DNA of 64,000 bases, taken from Chrysomallon squamiferum. Lineage: Eukaryota > Animalia > Mollusca. This document shows positions 44,161 to 59,833 of the stretch, piece by piece. The notes beneath the pieces are model-generated. The model ran no database searches. It was not told the origin of the DNA and saw only the letters and a program-made list of their open reading frames with translations. The stretch is from NCBI GenBank assembly GCA_012295275.1, contig CM022671.1, positions 3,906,001-3,970,000 of the forward strand, read 5' to 3'. Both the position numbers and the translations under genes were made by a program. Every line of letters starts with the position of its first letter. Within the stretch, counting starts at the first letter, position 1.

Positions 44161-46110
44161 AAAATAATAAATACTAAAATATTCTTTTTTTTTTTTTTTT
44201 TGGTAAAACAGGATTGTGGTCACAATAATAATTTATTGCTGTCAATGCAATATTTCCATTCACCTTTTCAAAATAATAGTTTTATTTTATTCTTCACGTC
44301 AATATTTTACACCAGTGTTTTTAAGGCAGTAATATAAGCATGACCATTCAATAAATTACTAATATTATCACTAAAATTATGTTCAGTAAAGAGGCGTCAT
44401 TTTGACTCCAATAGCGTCAATATTTTCATTAATATAGCTGTAAGGACATTTTTTCTTTTTTTTAAAATAATGTTTAATTAACTGCGTGTTTATGAAATAA
44501 ATGATAAACAAACAAAGAGTCTGTACATTCAGTGATAATAATAATATTTTAATACTTGAGATTCATTTTATAATATGTAAGACATTGGACCATATTTCTA
44601 TTTATTTTATTCTTTCTTTTTTTTTTTCATTATTATATTTTTTTTTTTATTTATTTAGTTATTTATTATTGTTTTTATTATTATTATTATTTTATTACTC
44701 CAGTTTGATATTTAAAAACATTCTGAATATAAAATACATCTTCATCAAACATTAACATTTCAAAAAACTAAAAATCACTTACTGCATAACCTAACATTTT
44801 AAACTCGACTTCAGCTGTACAAAATATATACAGAAATTTGTTTTTAATGTTTATTCTTTTTAATGATTTTAAAAAACATTCTTTTCAAAATTTGTATTAC
44901 CACTTTTGTTACAGTTTTGCTGTCAACACCAAATAACTACAACAACAACTACTACTATTACTACTACTACTACAACAAATACTACATCTGCTATTACTTC
45001 AATTGATACAACTGTTACTATTATAGTTATTACTACTAGCATCATTACTACCACTGCTGCTACTACTACTATTATTGTTACTATTACACCTGTTGTTATT
45101 ACTACTGCTGATAGTTTTACTACTTCATAACCATTACTATTACAGCTACTAGTAGATTTTTTCTATATTTATTACTATTATTATTACTATTACTACTGAT
45201 ACTACTTTTGTTAACTACTATTACTACTACCACTACAACTAGTATTACTATATGTTAATAATTACTACTACAACTATTACTACTAATATATCATTATAAC
45301 TACCACCACTACTACTACTACCACTGCAAATACTGCAAGAACAACGTACTTGTATTTGTTTTAATGCTAACAACATTTTACGATTAGTAACATCCTGATT
45401 ATCATAACATCAACGCACAGAGCGTTGTAAAATAACACTGCAATTAGCCCGGCTAATCAAGCAATCTAGCTGGGTAATCGCGTAATGAGATGATGATAGT
45501 CACAGAAGGGGCACGTTGCTGCAGATCCCAGCTCTCAGAAAATGACAAGTCACTAATCGTCTCGGAAAGTAAATCTTAATGTCGGATAATTCGTCTAATT
45601 GCGTACACCACTTTGGAGTGATTCCTACAAGAGAGCTCGCAAATAATGGCGTCATTTATTTTTATTTTTAAAATTAATTTTTTTTTTCTTAATTCACGCT
45701 CTCATTCGCGCGCTTTGTTTGTTTGTGTTGGTTGGTTTGTTTGTTTGTTTGTTTGTTTGTTGTCGTCGTTTTCTTTATTTTCCTCCCTTTCAAGTAATTT
45801 TTGTTATTATCGATAGATTCGATTTAGTGTTGGTGTGTTTGTATTGATATTGTGTGTGTGTGTGTGAAAGTGTGTGTTTGTTTTGGTGGATTTTATTTGA
45901 TATTTTTAGAATTATTGTTAGCAGTATTTAGTCGTTTAGTTTTATATCTGTAAATCACAAACAAGCGTTCTTTCTTTCTAAGTCTGTCTCTGTCTCTCTG
46001 TCTTCCTCTCTCTCTCTCTGTCTGTCTCTCTCACACGCTCTCATTTCTTTCTTTAATTATTCTTTCTCTGTATATATACTCGATATTCTTTCATTCAGTT
46101 TTTCTCTTTA

Positions 46111-46224
<114 letters not shown>

Positions 46225-46819
46225 CTCTCCCACACTCTCTTCGCCTCTCTCTCTACGCTGCGGTTCGCTCTTGCCTTTACCAGATGCATCCGTCAACTTC
46301 AGTGAACGGAAACACGCGCTTTGTGGCGCTTCCAACTCTCTCGGCTCGCGTCACCAGAAATATTTACTTCTGTATGAGAAATGTGGGGGATGTACCTACA
46401 ACTACCGAGTCGACGTTGGCGCCACGGAGGCCCGGGGGCTGGGACATTTAAAAAAAAAAAATTCTCTTCTACTTTTCACACGGTTAGAATTTAGTCGTTA
46501 TTTCATCTGTCGGGCTTCGTTCTCCTTTCAGAATAATAATAATAATATTAATAATTCCGCCGCTAGAAATGATATTAAGAGTTTAAAGTTTGTGTAGTAT
46601 AGTAGTATACGTAGAGTTTGTTTACGAATCTTAACCTTAAAAACACCCCCCTTGAAAAATTCACCGCCGCTCGGTTTGTTGTACAGTAAACAACAACGAC
46701 TATGAAGTACGATATGTTGTAATGTGAAATTAGTAAGTGTGTTTCTAACCAGTGTTATTGTAGTCGTTACGTTAACAGCAACTACAGTAATAGCAGCTTT
46801 GATATCGTCATCAGCAACA

Positions 46820-46880
<61 letters not shown>

Positions 46881-46899
46881 GAAGAAGAAAAAGAAAAAG

Positions 46900-46930
<31 letters not shown>

Positions 46931-47009
46931 TCAACAATAATAATAGATAATAGTAGCAGTAGTTGTAGTACTACTGATAATGATGATGATGATGATGATG
47001 ATGATGGTG

Positions 47010-47055
<46 letters not shown>

Positions 47056-47339
47056 CGCATGAAACGGTCGATTCGTACAGTTAACTATTAACAGGTTAGC
47101 CAGCGATCTGAGCTAGCAAAGTTAACAGGATCGTTCGTTATTGGCTTTACTTTATCATTTAATCTTCTGCGGTTGTAACGGTACAAGCGAAGATCGAAAT
47201 ATGTTTATCAATAATCTGACAGAGGATTTGTAAATGTTTATAAATATTGGATGCTTACGCAGCCATAAAACAACGCGTCAAAACGCTTACATACGCTTAC
47301 GTTCAATAGCGTCAGCGTCTAATTTCACAATACGTATTT

Positions 47340-48440
47340 CACTGTCGGTGACGTTCGAATGTCGCGTTTAATAATATAAACATTATTATTATTATTATTA
47401 TCGGTGGCATTAGCATATTGCATTTAGTAATATAAATATATTAATGTCGGTGGTAATACAAATACTTCTCTGTTTCTGTAGCGTTAAATTATACGTAATG
47501 TTAATGTCGGTAGAGTTAATAATATCGCATTTATTAATATAAATATTATTACTGTCAGTAGCGTTACCATGTAGCATTTGGTGATATAAATATATTGCTG
47601 TCGGTAGGAATATAAATATTTCTTTATTTCTGTAGCGTTAAAAATAATATGAAATATGTTATTGCCGATTAGTGTTAGAAAGTTGTGTTTAATAATAGGA
47701 ATATTATTATTTATTATCTATGGCGTTAATATATGGTATTTAAAAAAGTTAAATATTTTATAATCTGTTGCGTTAAGATATCACATTTATGAAATTTAAA
47801 TATATTATTGTCTGTAGTGTTAGAAATCACATTTAGCAATATAAATATATATTGTTGTCGGTAATATTATATTTTTATATTTAATAACATAACTATAATT
47901 GTCTTTAGCGTTAACATGTTGCATAGCAATATAAATATTTCATTTATTGGTAATATTCAGGTATTGCGTTTAATAATACAAATATTACTATTAGATATAA
48001 ATATGTTACTGTTGGTATTGTTAAAATATCTTCAGTAAATAAATTATTTTAATATCAGTAATTTTAAAATATCGCATGCTGTATCATTGTTTGAGGTGTT
48101 AGAATTTTGAATTTAGCAATATAGATATTTTCTTGTCAAATGTTGTTGTTTTTTTAGTAACGTTAATATTAATATTAACGTTACTACTGTTTGTAATATT
48201 AGTAATACTACTATTTTATACTGGTACTGTCCTGCTAATTTTTAACATTTGGTGATATTAATATTTTGAAGTCTGTTGTTTTAGAATATTTTATTTTCGG
48301 GAGTGTTACCAGTGCCGCTTTTAACGATATAAATATTTTATTGATGTGTAACATTTTGTAATATAAATTATAATTTTAAAGCGATAAAGCCAATATGTCG
48401 CATTTTATAACATAAATAACTTCTTTTTTTTTATGTCGGC
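47340..48440. repeat. Old ~43-45-bp AT-rich minisatellite (~1.1 kb)
   Basis: Consensus approximately aatataaatatattattgtc(g/t)gtagcgttaanatatcgcattta, repeated roughly 20 times with heavy divergence. Confidence 0.75.
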
Positions 48441-48803
48441 AGCTTTTGTGTGTTGTAAAACACATGTATGTAAAAAAAAAAAAAAAAAAAAAAAAAATTA
48501 TTATTATTATTATTGTAGTATTTCATAATAAAAAAACATGTTCTGTGTCGGCACAAAAGTTGTATTCGCTTTTTGATAAGAGAAATGAATACTCCGAGCT
48601 GATAGCGTGTTTTTAAAACGTACGATACTGCTGGGATTTCTTACAGTCGTAAACGCTAATTATTAACGAGGAGTTTTTCTCGATGCTATCAAATGTAGAG
48701 ATCTGTGATGGCGTATTTGTTAATGTGATAAAATTAAATGTTTACAATGGCGTGTTATTTAATGATACAAAAAACTAAAAGTCTACGATATCTTAAATTA
48801 GAG

Positions 48804-48854
<51 letters not shown>

Positions 48855-48869
48855 GTAGTAGTAGTAGTA

Positions 48870-48901
<32 letters not shown>

Positions 48902-49357
48902 CATAATAATAATCATAATAATAAATGTTTATTTCCTTGAATGGCTCATTTCATATTAACATGTGAACCTATAATACACATTCTTTATTATCATAATATT
49001 AAATACCTTCTCAATATCATAAAATTAAAAATAGAGTAACTCTTAACATCATAAAAATTTAAAAAAAAAAAAAAAAAAACATTCTTAACATCGTAAAAAA
49101 AAAAAAAAAAAAAAACACCAACAAACAACAACAACAAACAACAACGACAAACAACAGCTAATGATATTGCTCCTGTTTCCGAATCACCGCTGCGTACACA
49201 CATTACACGAACCAGTTTTACAAGCCGCATGTACTTACACAACTCCTCCGAATCGCCCTTTTCTCCTTTTCATAGAGCGTGACGGAAGAATATCCCCATG
49301 AGCGAAGAAAATGATGAACATAGCAGGTGCAGCTTTGCCTTACAGTCGCGTCGTTCT

Positions 49358-49398
<41 letters not shown>

Positions 49399-49494
49399 AC
49401 TGAACTGCGTCAACTTGCGTTATACTAAGTGCTGAAGGATTTCGTTAAAGTAGCTGTTGAAAGATTTGTCGAAACGACGAGACAGAGAACGGAG

Positions 49495-49539
<45 letters not shown>

Positions 49540-49838
49540 AAACAAGATGTAGAGCAGAAGAATAAATATAAACATTATAAAAATAAAAAAAAATAATAAT
49601 AAAAAAATGTGTAGAGCAAGAGTAGAAATATAAACAGTATAAAAATAAAAAAAAATATTTTTTTTTTGAAAAAAAGCTTTCGAGCAGACAAATATATGTA
49701 AAGAAGTGGAGAGAAAAAAATAAAGTTTGTGTATAAATTAATTGATAAATAATTTTGGTTTTTATACGAATGATGGAGATTATTTTTTTTTTTTTTTAAT
49801 TTATTATAAAGTCAGAGAGGTAGAGAGGTAAATATTAT

Positions 49839-49841
<3 letters not shown>

Positions 49842-49929
<88 letters not shown>
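49842..49929 (+). repeat. (GA)n microsatellite
   Basis: Perfect dinucleotide run. Confidence 0.95.
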
Positions 49930-49931
<2 letters not shown>

Positions 49932-50191
49932 CATTCAGTAGCTTAGTGAGTGACATATTTAGTAGAAAAGAATGAACAAAATCGATTTCAGTTTTCCTTT
50001 GTTTTAAATGCGAAAGATAATAGGTTGTGTAGAGATTAATTAATCATTTTGTTATAACATAATTATCATTTACATGTTTTATTATTATTAGCTATTATTT
50101 TATATTCTGCAGTTTATTTCTGCAACTAAACAGATAATAATAAAATAATAGTGGTAGTAGTAATATTATTAACAGTAGTAGTAGTAGTAAT

Positions 50192-50226
<35 letters not shown>

Positions 50227-50350
50227 TAATAATAATAATAATAATAATAGTAATAATAACAATGATAATAATAACAACAGCAACAATAATAATAATGACA
50301 TAATAATAATATTGACAACAGTAATAACAACAATTTTAATAATAACAGTA

Positions 50351-50383
<33 letters not shown>

Positions 50384-50872
50384 ACAACAATAATAAAATA
50401 ATAATAAAAATAATAATAATAATAACAATAACAATAACAACTCGCCTACTGAAAGGTTTACTAAACGCAGACTAAACAGGACTGTACTCTGGAAGTGAAG
50501 AAAACTAAGCCGCTGTTTACAAATATTCAGATACAAGCAACATCTGCCAATGCAGCTTTTCAAAAACTGGGTCATGTCATTAAATTATAACTTCACTATG
50601 TTACAGCGCTTTGTTTAAAGAATTCAAAAAAAAAAACCTGAATTAAATATTAAAATGAAGGGTTGGGGAAGAAAGGTTTTGAAGTTATGAATAGGTACAA
50701 CAGTTTTTGTTTGGTAATTGTTGCTAAGTAAATGTAAGATTGAATGAATTTATAATAAATAAAGATGGTCTGGTGAGTGTTTTGTAATATTGCTGTTGTT
50801 GAGAGAATATTATGAAATGGTCTGTTTTTAAAATGTTAATTTATAACCTTTTTTTTAAAGGTAATAGTAATA

Positions 50873-50875
<3 letters not shown>

Positions 50876-50966
<91 letters not shown>
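50876..50966 (+). repeat. (GA)n microsatellite
   Basis: Perfect dinucleotide run. Confidence 0.95.
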
Positions 50967-50969
<3 letters not shown>

Positions 50970-52559
50970 GTGTGTGCGTGTGTGTATATGTCTTAGGGTC
51001 TGTTATAAATTATGGGTGTATCCTTCGTATGTGTATGTTTGTGTTCAGGTGACTGTATGACAGTAAGAAATAGAAATAACATGTTGACACGTGTGTGTGT
51101 GTGTGTTTGAATGTGTTTGTGCAAAAGAGAAAAAAAGAAAAAGATAAATGAAAAAATATAGAGAAAGAAAAGGAAAAAGAAGACATATTTAATGTTTTAA
51201 TTTAAGGGAGAGACAGACAATAAAGACAAAGAGAGAGACAGAGAAAGAAAGAAAGAAAGAAAGAAAAAAACAGAGAGAGAGAAAGAAAGAGAGAGACAAA
51301 GAAAGAAAGAAAGAAAGAAAGAGAAAGAGATAAACAAAGAGAGGGAAAGTAATTTATATTAAAATGGAAGCAGAAACAGTTTAAAAAAATAAAAAAAAAA
51401 AAAAATAACGAGAGAGGGAGAGAGAGAGAGATAAAAAAAGAACAGTTTAATTTTGTACAACTTGTAACATCTGCGGAATATATAATCATAAATGATATGG
51501 GCATTTGATATATTGTCGATGCAACAAAAATAAATACCGTAATTTTTGTATGATTTAAAATGTTGTGAGTAACTATAAACGGCTGTGAACAAAAAAAAAA
51601 TAAAAAATAAAAAATAAACAAACAAAAAAATAAATAAATAAAAAAACACCCACAAAACTGAACTTGTTTAGACAGCACCGTGAAAAAAAGTGAATGTTTC
51701 AACAAAAAACAAAAACATAAAAAAAAAATAACAACAACATAAAAATAAAAATAAATAAAATAGATATACCGTCTACAATATTTATTGATTTAATGAGGCT
51801 TATTATATATTTGAATCAAGCTGGCGTCGAGATATACAAAAAAACGCGACTGCGTTTTGTTAAAAATCCTTACGACGGGCTTCAATATTTAATGAACTGT
51901 ATTATGTTTAATGATGTCTCCTTTTCATATGCGATCCTTTTCGTTTATTTATTTAGTTAAATTAATTCTTATTGAATTTAATTATTAGATCCTTTATTAC
52001 ACGATTTCAGCGTGAATAATATTTCTTTAATTAATAGTGCTATAAATAACACAGTTAATCTCTGTTCTGATACAACTAGTGTTACTATCACTGCGTCTAG
52101 TTCATTTACTAATTCTTCTATTTCTACTACTTCTTCCATACTACTACTATTATATATATACTTAGTATAACTACTACTTCAACAACTTCATTCGCCATAC
52201 CTACTATTACTAACCTACTATTACTAACCTACTACTGATACAATATACAATATACCAGTGATAACCACTGCATGTATTTCTACCTATTCTTCATATTATA
52301 ATGGATTTTAATCAGTCTGATAATTTTATTCGGATAATATTCGGATAATTTTATTAGAAAGGTGTTTTTAATTCTTCATAAAAAAATGTTAAAGTTGATG
52401 TCAAAAATTCATTTTGGTTCTCTGTGTGTTGACATTTTAGTAAAAAAAAAAATTTTTTTTTTTTTTTTTTTTTTATGTATATATCTACATGATGACATAA
52501 ATAAATAAATAAATAAATAAATATATATTTATTATTTATTTTTTTTTTTTTTTCTCCAG

Positions 52560-53027
52560 GAGGTGGACAGATCCAGCGACCTCATTTTCACACCCCGCTC
52601 CACCCGTGGATCACAGAAACGAAATCCTTCTCGCTGCACGAGTCGAAGTCCATGGTCCCCCACGCGCACTCCGGGTGGGTCAACCCCTTCACCAAGTCGC
52701 TGTCCCACCCGTCACCCACGGCCCCGCTGTCCGTGCACCCGTCGACGTCGTTGGTGGCGGCGTCCAATTCGTTCAGTTTTCCCCCGACCCCGCCCAAGGA
52801 CGGTACCCCAGAGAACGTGCAGGGGCAGGGCGAGTACACCCCGGACAACAAGCCCAAGCAAATGGACGGTCCCGACAGTTTCTCCTCCTTCCACCCCGTC
52901 CCCACCTACCCGTACATGACGGCCGGGGACTACACCAGCAACCACATCGGCTTCCACCCGTCAGCGTCCGTCTTCAAAACGACGTCGTTGTCCAGCAGGT
53001 CGAGAACCAAAAGCAGATCAAGTACAG
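52560..53027 (+). CDS. GATA123: GATA1/2/3-class transcription factor, second coding exon (up to just before zinc finger 1)
   Basis: Poly-T tract then ctccag| acceptor (52559). The phase-1 join to the upstream exon gives ...H-G-G-G-QIQRPHFHTPLHPW... in the same frame as ORF 52652. It contains the GATA2/3 hallmarks FSFPPTPPKD, HPVPTYPY, DY..FHP and RTKSRSST. It ends ACA G|gtcagt (GT at 53028), where GATA2/3 continue EGRECVNC. GC-rich 468-nt exon in AT-rich flanks. Confidence 0.93.
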
Positions 53028-53043
53028 GTCAGTTTGTGTCCAT

Positions 53044-53290
<247 letters not shown>

Positions 53291-53584
53291 AATTTTATCT
53301 CACTTTTTTTCTCTCTCTCTCTATTTATCTATCTATCTGTTTGTCTGTCTGTGTGTCTCTTTGCATATCAATCATCATTGTTGCTATTATAAACATTCAC
53401 ACATACATGCAAACATAAACATATATTATTATTACATATATTAATAGACTATATCTGATATCGATCCTTATTCCAATGTTTAACACTGAATTTTGTTAGT
53501 GAGTTATTTTTAGTATATCACGAGTACTGGTAGTTAAAAATTGTTTTGTTGTTTTTGTTATAGCTATTATTTTATCAGTGATAT

Positions 53585-53681
<97 letters not shown>

Positions 53682-53990
53682 AGTTTTAAATTTCACAGTA
53701 ATAATAATAATTATTATTATAATAGTAATGATAATAATGGCAATTATACTATTCATTTTAAAAACATTATCTTTGGAGACATCTTTTTATACCCACTTCA
53801 TAAGCAAAAAATTTACAGCCATTAGAAATGTCCTGTTACCCTCTATTTTTAAAATTTATTTAAACAAAAAAAAGATAATAAATTATCTAATATATCAATG
53901 TTATTTATTTTATACTATTCGCTTTGTTATCTTTCTATTTATTTAATGTTGTTAATTTTATTTTTATTTTTTATTATGATTATGATTATG

Positions 53991-54064
<74 letters not shown>

Positions 54065-54865
54065 TACTATTATTATTATTATTTTATCCAAATTATATTT
54101 TCTCATTTTTCTTCTTCTTCTTCTTAACTTCTTTTTTTAATTTTTTTTTTTTTTTTTTTAATCTTTTTGATAAACGTATTTAAAGCTTACATAATCCAAT
54201 TATTATTTCATGCGTCATCTGTACACATACAATTGTGTTTTTTAAAAATCTATCGTATCGTTTTTATATCAATATTTTATACCAGTGCGATGCAAGCGAC
54301 AACAGGGTGTGCTTAACTGTGAAACACAGGCCAGTAATTTATTGTTGATTAACGACTTCGATTGTTGTATTTTTATAATTAATCTTAGGTTTGCTCTGTT
54401 TTCCTGTTATCTGTAAACAGGTGATGGATGGTACGATAGCGATATATTATGTTAATATTTATAAATATTCTATGTGTTTAAAAAAAAAAAAAATAAAATA
54501 AAAAAATTTAAAAAAAATTAAAAAATCGAAAATTAAATTAAAATAAAACAAAGCATAACAAGGAATTTAAAAATAAAAATAAAAATAAATAGAAAATAAA
54601 AAAAATAAGAGAAATAAACATTTTCTGAAATTAAATACATTTGTGTGCATGACTGCATAAAGGGAAAGACGTAGACAAGTGTCTGTGTGTGTCTGTGTGT
54701 CTTTGTATATATGTGTGTGTCTGTGTATATATGTATGTATGTGTGTGTATGTATGTATGTGTGTGTATGTATATATGTATGTGTGTGTGTGTCTGTGTAT
54801 ATATGTATGTGTGTGTGTATGTATGTATGTGTGTGTATATGTATATGTGTGTGTATGTATGTAGA

Positions 54866-54898
<33 letters not shown>

Positions 54899-55915
54899 GA
54901 ATTAGCATTAACAAAAAAACAGTAAAATATTCAAAGGATAAAAAAAGTAGGCAGAAACATTATATTTATTTCATATGAATATAATTTAAAATGATAAACA
55001 CTACCTTATGTTAAATAATATGTTGTAATTTATTTATTTATTTATTTACTTTTTAAGTGATGAAACATTTTTTTAAAGCGATATTTTGAAATAAATGAAT
55101 GTGTTACTTATCTATTTATTTATTTAGTTAGTTAGGTAGGTAGTTATTTTTATTGTACTTTTATTATTTTATTTTTGTTACTGCTGTATTTTAATGGTTT
55201 TTTTTTTATAAATTTAAATTAAATATTTGTTCATTTCATTTCATTTAAATGATCTGTTTTATTCATACAGTTTAGCTTTAATTACTTTTCCTTCTGTTTT
55301 GTTATTTTAAGTTAATGTCGTATTTCTTAAAGTGTTTTATTTAAAATACTTTCCAAAATGTTAGCACGTTAAACTGGCTAAGTTTCTGGAGTTGAATTCA
55401 AAGACTGATATCAGTTTGTTTATTACAGTTTTGTTAAAACAAGTATTATTTAAACAAAAATTATATTCTTAATAATAATTTTCAGACCATAATAATAATT
55501 TTATTATAAAACTTTCACTGATTTTTTTTTTTTTTATAATAATGTTATTATATTGCATCAACGTGATTTCAAAAAAATATAAAAAAAAAAAAAATGATTT
55601 ATTATTATAAATGCTACATGATATATGTAATTCTAAAGGTATAGTATTACACTGATGTCATAACTCTGAACTAAAAGTTATATCATTATAATCAATCATA
55701 CCCTACAGTAATCATCATAATCATAATAGCAATAATTTTATACTTTAAAACTATTTTAATCCAATCATAACCTTACGAGATCACGGTTTATTTTCATTTA
55801 TCTATTTAATAACATTCATAACTAACCTTGTACATTCTATTATCACAGTAACATTATTATTTAAATTGATAATTTTGACTGACATATCTTTTAAGAAAAA
55901 AAAAAATAATAAAAA

Positions 55916-55949
<34 letters not shown>

Positions 55950-56218
55950 CAAATAAACAAATAAATAAATAACAGTACGTGATACTGAAACTGATGACAC
56001 TGCATTTTGTATGTGCCATTGAAACTCACGTTGATAGTTAAAACAGTTCCTATTATCAGCAGACATGAAATATGTATTCGATTCGTTTGACATGCGATAA
56101 CGTTAGTCGGACTTGAGTTTCAGGGGCACTCTTTGGGTTACATTGTTTTGCCGGTCTCACACACGTTCACTAAGCCAGACCGACGCTTTATTCTGATTTG
56201 ATATCATCATCATCATCA

Positions 56219-56275
<57 letters not shown>

Positions 56276-56989
56276 GAATTCGACATCTCATTTTGTAATG
56301 TTTAGATACAGCGATATCACTCTTTCCACAAATAACATTATAACTATTACTACTACTACTATTACAACTAGTACAACAGCTTTTACTACAACTACTACTA
56401 CTCTTACTACAACAGCAACAACTACTAACATTTTACACCTACATTACAACAACTACCACTACTACTAACACAAATATCACCACTACCATTACAACTTTTA
56501 CTACTACCAGTAATAATAATAATAATAAATCATCAACAACGACAACAACAACGACGACAACACCACCATTAATATCGACACCACATCACTCGATAGGGAC
56601 TCACAACTATAAACACACAACCAGCACTGTCTCTATTACATATCAAGCCAAGATGGTTAAAAATCAAGGTCACTTTCGTTCGTTGTAACAATTTTTCATC
56701 CTTAACATTCCCGTTGCTGACGTTGGAATCAAAACGTCGCCACCAGCTGTTACTACAACAGCTATCGATTTCTTTGAAGACAAATATTCATGAAGCCCCC
56801 ATTTATATCCACTCGGTTATATTCCGATATTAGCAGATGACAGTTTGGTGACATAATTGTTTCAAACGCTGCCAGTTCACGTCATATATTGTTATGTTAG
56901 TTATATTCCACTGTCTAACGTTACTTGTTATAACTGTATAGTTGTTAGACTTTATGGCGGATCCACAGGCGTTTATTTATCTGACGACC

Positions 56990-57071
<82 letters not shown>

Positions 57072-57250
57072 CTCCGTCTTTCTGTGTGTTTATATCTATC
57101 ATATATATATACATTTCTTTTGTTAACTGTTATCACTGAATTTATTATTATTATTATTATTATTAGCACTAGTACATCTGTTATTATTACTTCTATAACT
57201 ATTACTACTACAAGTAATGCTACTATTACTACTACTACTACTACTATTAC

Positions 57251-57293
<43 letters not shown>

Positions 57294-57756
57294 TTCATTG
57301 TTTATTAAATGTTAGTTATGTAAATATATATAAATCATATAAAACTTTTTTATTCTCACTTTTTTTCTTCTGACATTATGTTTGTATTATTATTTGGATA
57401 GATAAAACTAATAAAATAACATTATATAATAAAACAATAAAATATTATTTTACAATGAAATAATAAAATATTTTGGTTTGACGTTTTAAAATTAATTTCG
57501 TCCTATTTATTTTTATGGAAAAAAAAAAAAAAAAAAAAATTAATAATAAATTTAGAAATATTTGTAATATTTAGGACAAACATATGTTATGGAACTGTAC
57601 CGTGATACATGCCATAAAATGAACATTTGAAAAAAAAATTAAATTAAATAAAAAATAAAAAGTGTGTGTGTTTTATATTTTTTATTACAGTATTTTTTAT
57701 AAATGGTTACAGAACTGAACTGCAAGTTCACACCATATACTGATATACGAGGCGTA

Positions 57757-57801
<45 letters not shown>

Positions 57802-57809
57802 TGTATGTA

Positions 57810-57840
<31 letters not shown>

Positions 57841-58179
57841 ATAGGTGTGTAATGATGGCGGTGACATAACAATAGCAATAAATGAGTTATGATGACGATA
57901 CTGATAAAAATGATGGTGATCTTGATAACAATAATAACACAACAGAAGTTGAAATTGTAGTGATATTAATAGCAATAGTAGTAGTAGTAGTGAAAGTAAT
58001 AGTTTTAGTAGTAATAGTCTTAGTAGAAGTAGTAGTAGTAGTAGTAGTTGTAGTCAAAATAATCTTCTAAAAAGATTACTAATATTTTTGTAATAGTAGC
58101 AGCAGCACTAAAAACATACCATCATCACTTTGCTTACAGTTAACAATAACAGTATTGATATTACAGAATGATGATGATA

Positions 58180-58211
<32 letters not shown>

Positions 58212-59799
58212 AGTATTAACATTTACAAATTTATAGAACGGCTCTAAACGACATATTACAAAAGTATTCTTGAAATTTGTATCTTTTTATTTATTTATTA
58301 TTTTACTTTTTATTATTTTTTATTACTATTTATTCTTGTTATAACACTTCTCTTAAATAAATTATGTTTTAAAAACATAAAAAAAGAAAATTTACATCTT
58401 TTAAATGTCTTTGTTTTACTTTGTGGTAAACTAAAAACCAAGCCATTAAGTTCAAAATGTTTGGTAAATATCATTTAAATTTGTTTAAGTATTATCATTT
58501 TCTTTAATATTTGTTATTGTTTTGTCAGGTACTTTGTTTATTTAATATGCCCTTTTTATATTTTTCTTTTAATTTTTTTTAATAATTTTTTCTATTTTTA
58601 ATTTTATTCTATTTCTTAATTCCTCTCTTTTTTCTCTCTTTCTCTCTCTCTTTTTTTTTTTTTAATATTTCAAAACAAAATATTTGTCTTATTAGTTTTT
58701 CCTTATTTTTATTTTATCTTTTTTTTTTTCTTTCCTTTCCTTGTTTTCTTTATTATTATTTTTATTATTTTTACTATTTCATCCCGTTCTTCATCTTTGT
58801 AGAAATTTGATATTTCTGGGTGTTAAAAGTTTTGATCCCATTTTAATTTACGAGACACATTTAAGAAGTGGTTGGTTTTTTTTCCCGATTATTCTAGACC
58901 GCAAGGAAAGAAATAAATCAATATATAAAAGAAAATTTTATCTTAGGTCCTGATACTGTTATTCTCTTTGTTTTTGGTTCATTTACTTATTTATTTATTT
59001 ATTTTATATAATTTTATTTTATTTTATTTTATTTATATATTTATTTATTTCGTTTTTGTAAAAAAAATTTCCCTTCACTTGACTTTTATTTATTTTTAAT
59101 TTATTCTTTTATTATTATTTATCGCACTTGTTCCGTGAAAATTGTTCCTATTATTATTATTATTATCATCATCATCATTATCCTCATCATCATCATCAAC
59201 ATAATCATTATTAGCAGTAGACATAGCAGCAGCAACAACGCCGTCATAAAAACTGACATAACATAAACAAATTCTACTCAGAGAACAGATTTAACGTTTA
59301 AAAACATTTCGCTTGAAACTGACAACTTATCTTCACATTTAAAGAGCAGCTTCTGAAGTTAAACACGCCCTGTTCCTCACCCCCACCCACTGTGCCTGCT
59401 TTGCAGGTTAACCCCTGGAACCTGCCAGAGGGTTGTCAGCACGTGAATGATAATTAGACAACGTAGTTAGGGTTAATTAGTTTGGCATGAAATCAGCGTC
59501 TTTATCACCTCCTTGTCATTTTCTTTTTTTTTTTTTCCCAGGCGAAATGTGAAATGTTCATTTCAGTGTTGTTTGTCCATGTGTGTCTGTGCGTGTCTGT
59601 GTTACGAATGTATAGTAACTGATATATAGCAGATCGTGTGTATGTTTGTGTGTGTATGTGTATGTGTGTATTTATCATGTGTGGTTTGGGTTAAATAGTA
59701 AAAGTATGCATGGTGTAAAGAAGATTTTGTGAAATAAATAAATTACAGTTCATGTTTTGTTTTTAAATAAAATAAAAATTTATAAGAGATAACAACAAC

Positions 59800-59833
<34 letters not shown>

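Noticed and set aside
47340-48440. CRISPR-like repeat/spacer array
   Set aside because: Repeats are not identical, the intervening parts are mutually similar, the context is a eukaryotic intron, and there are no cas genes.
59521-59552. Acceptor-like ttttcccag at 59541 as the zinc-finger exon
   Set aside because: Phase-1 join reads G-E-M-stop, not E-GRECVNC. Probably a chance AG after poly-T; a poison exon cannot be supported without RNA data.
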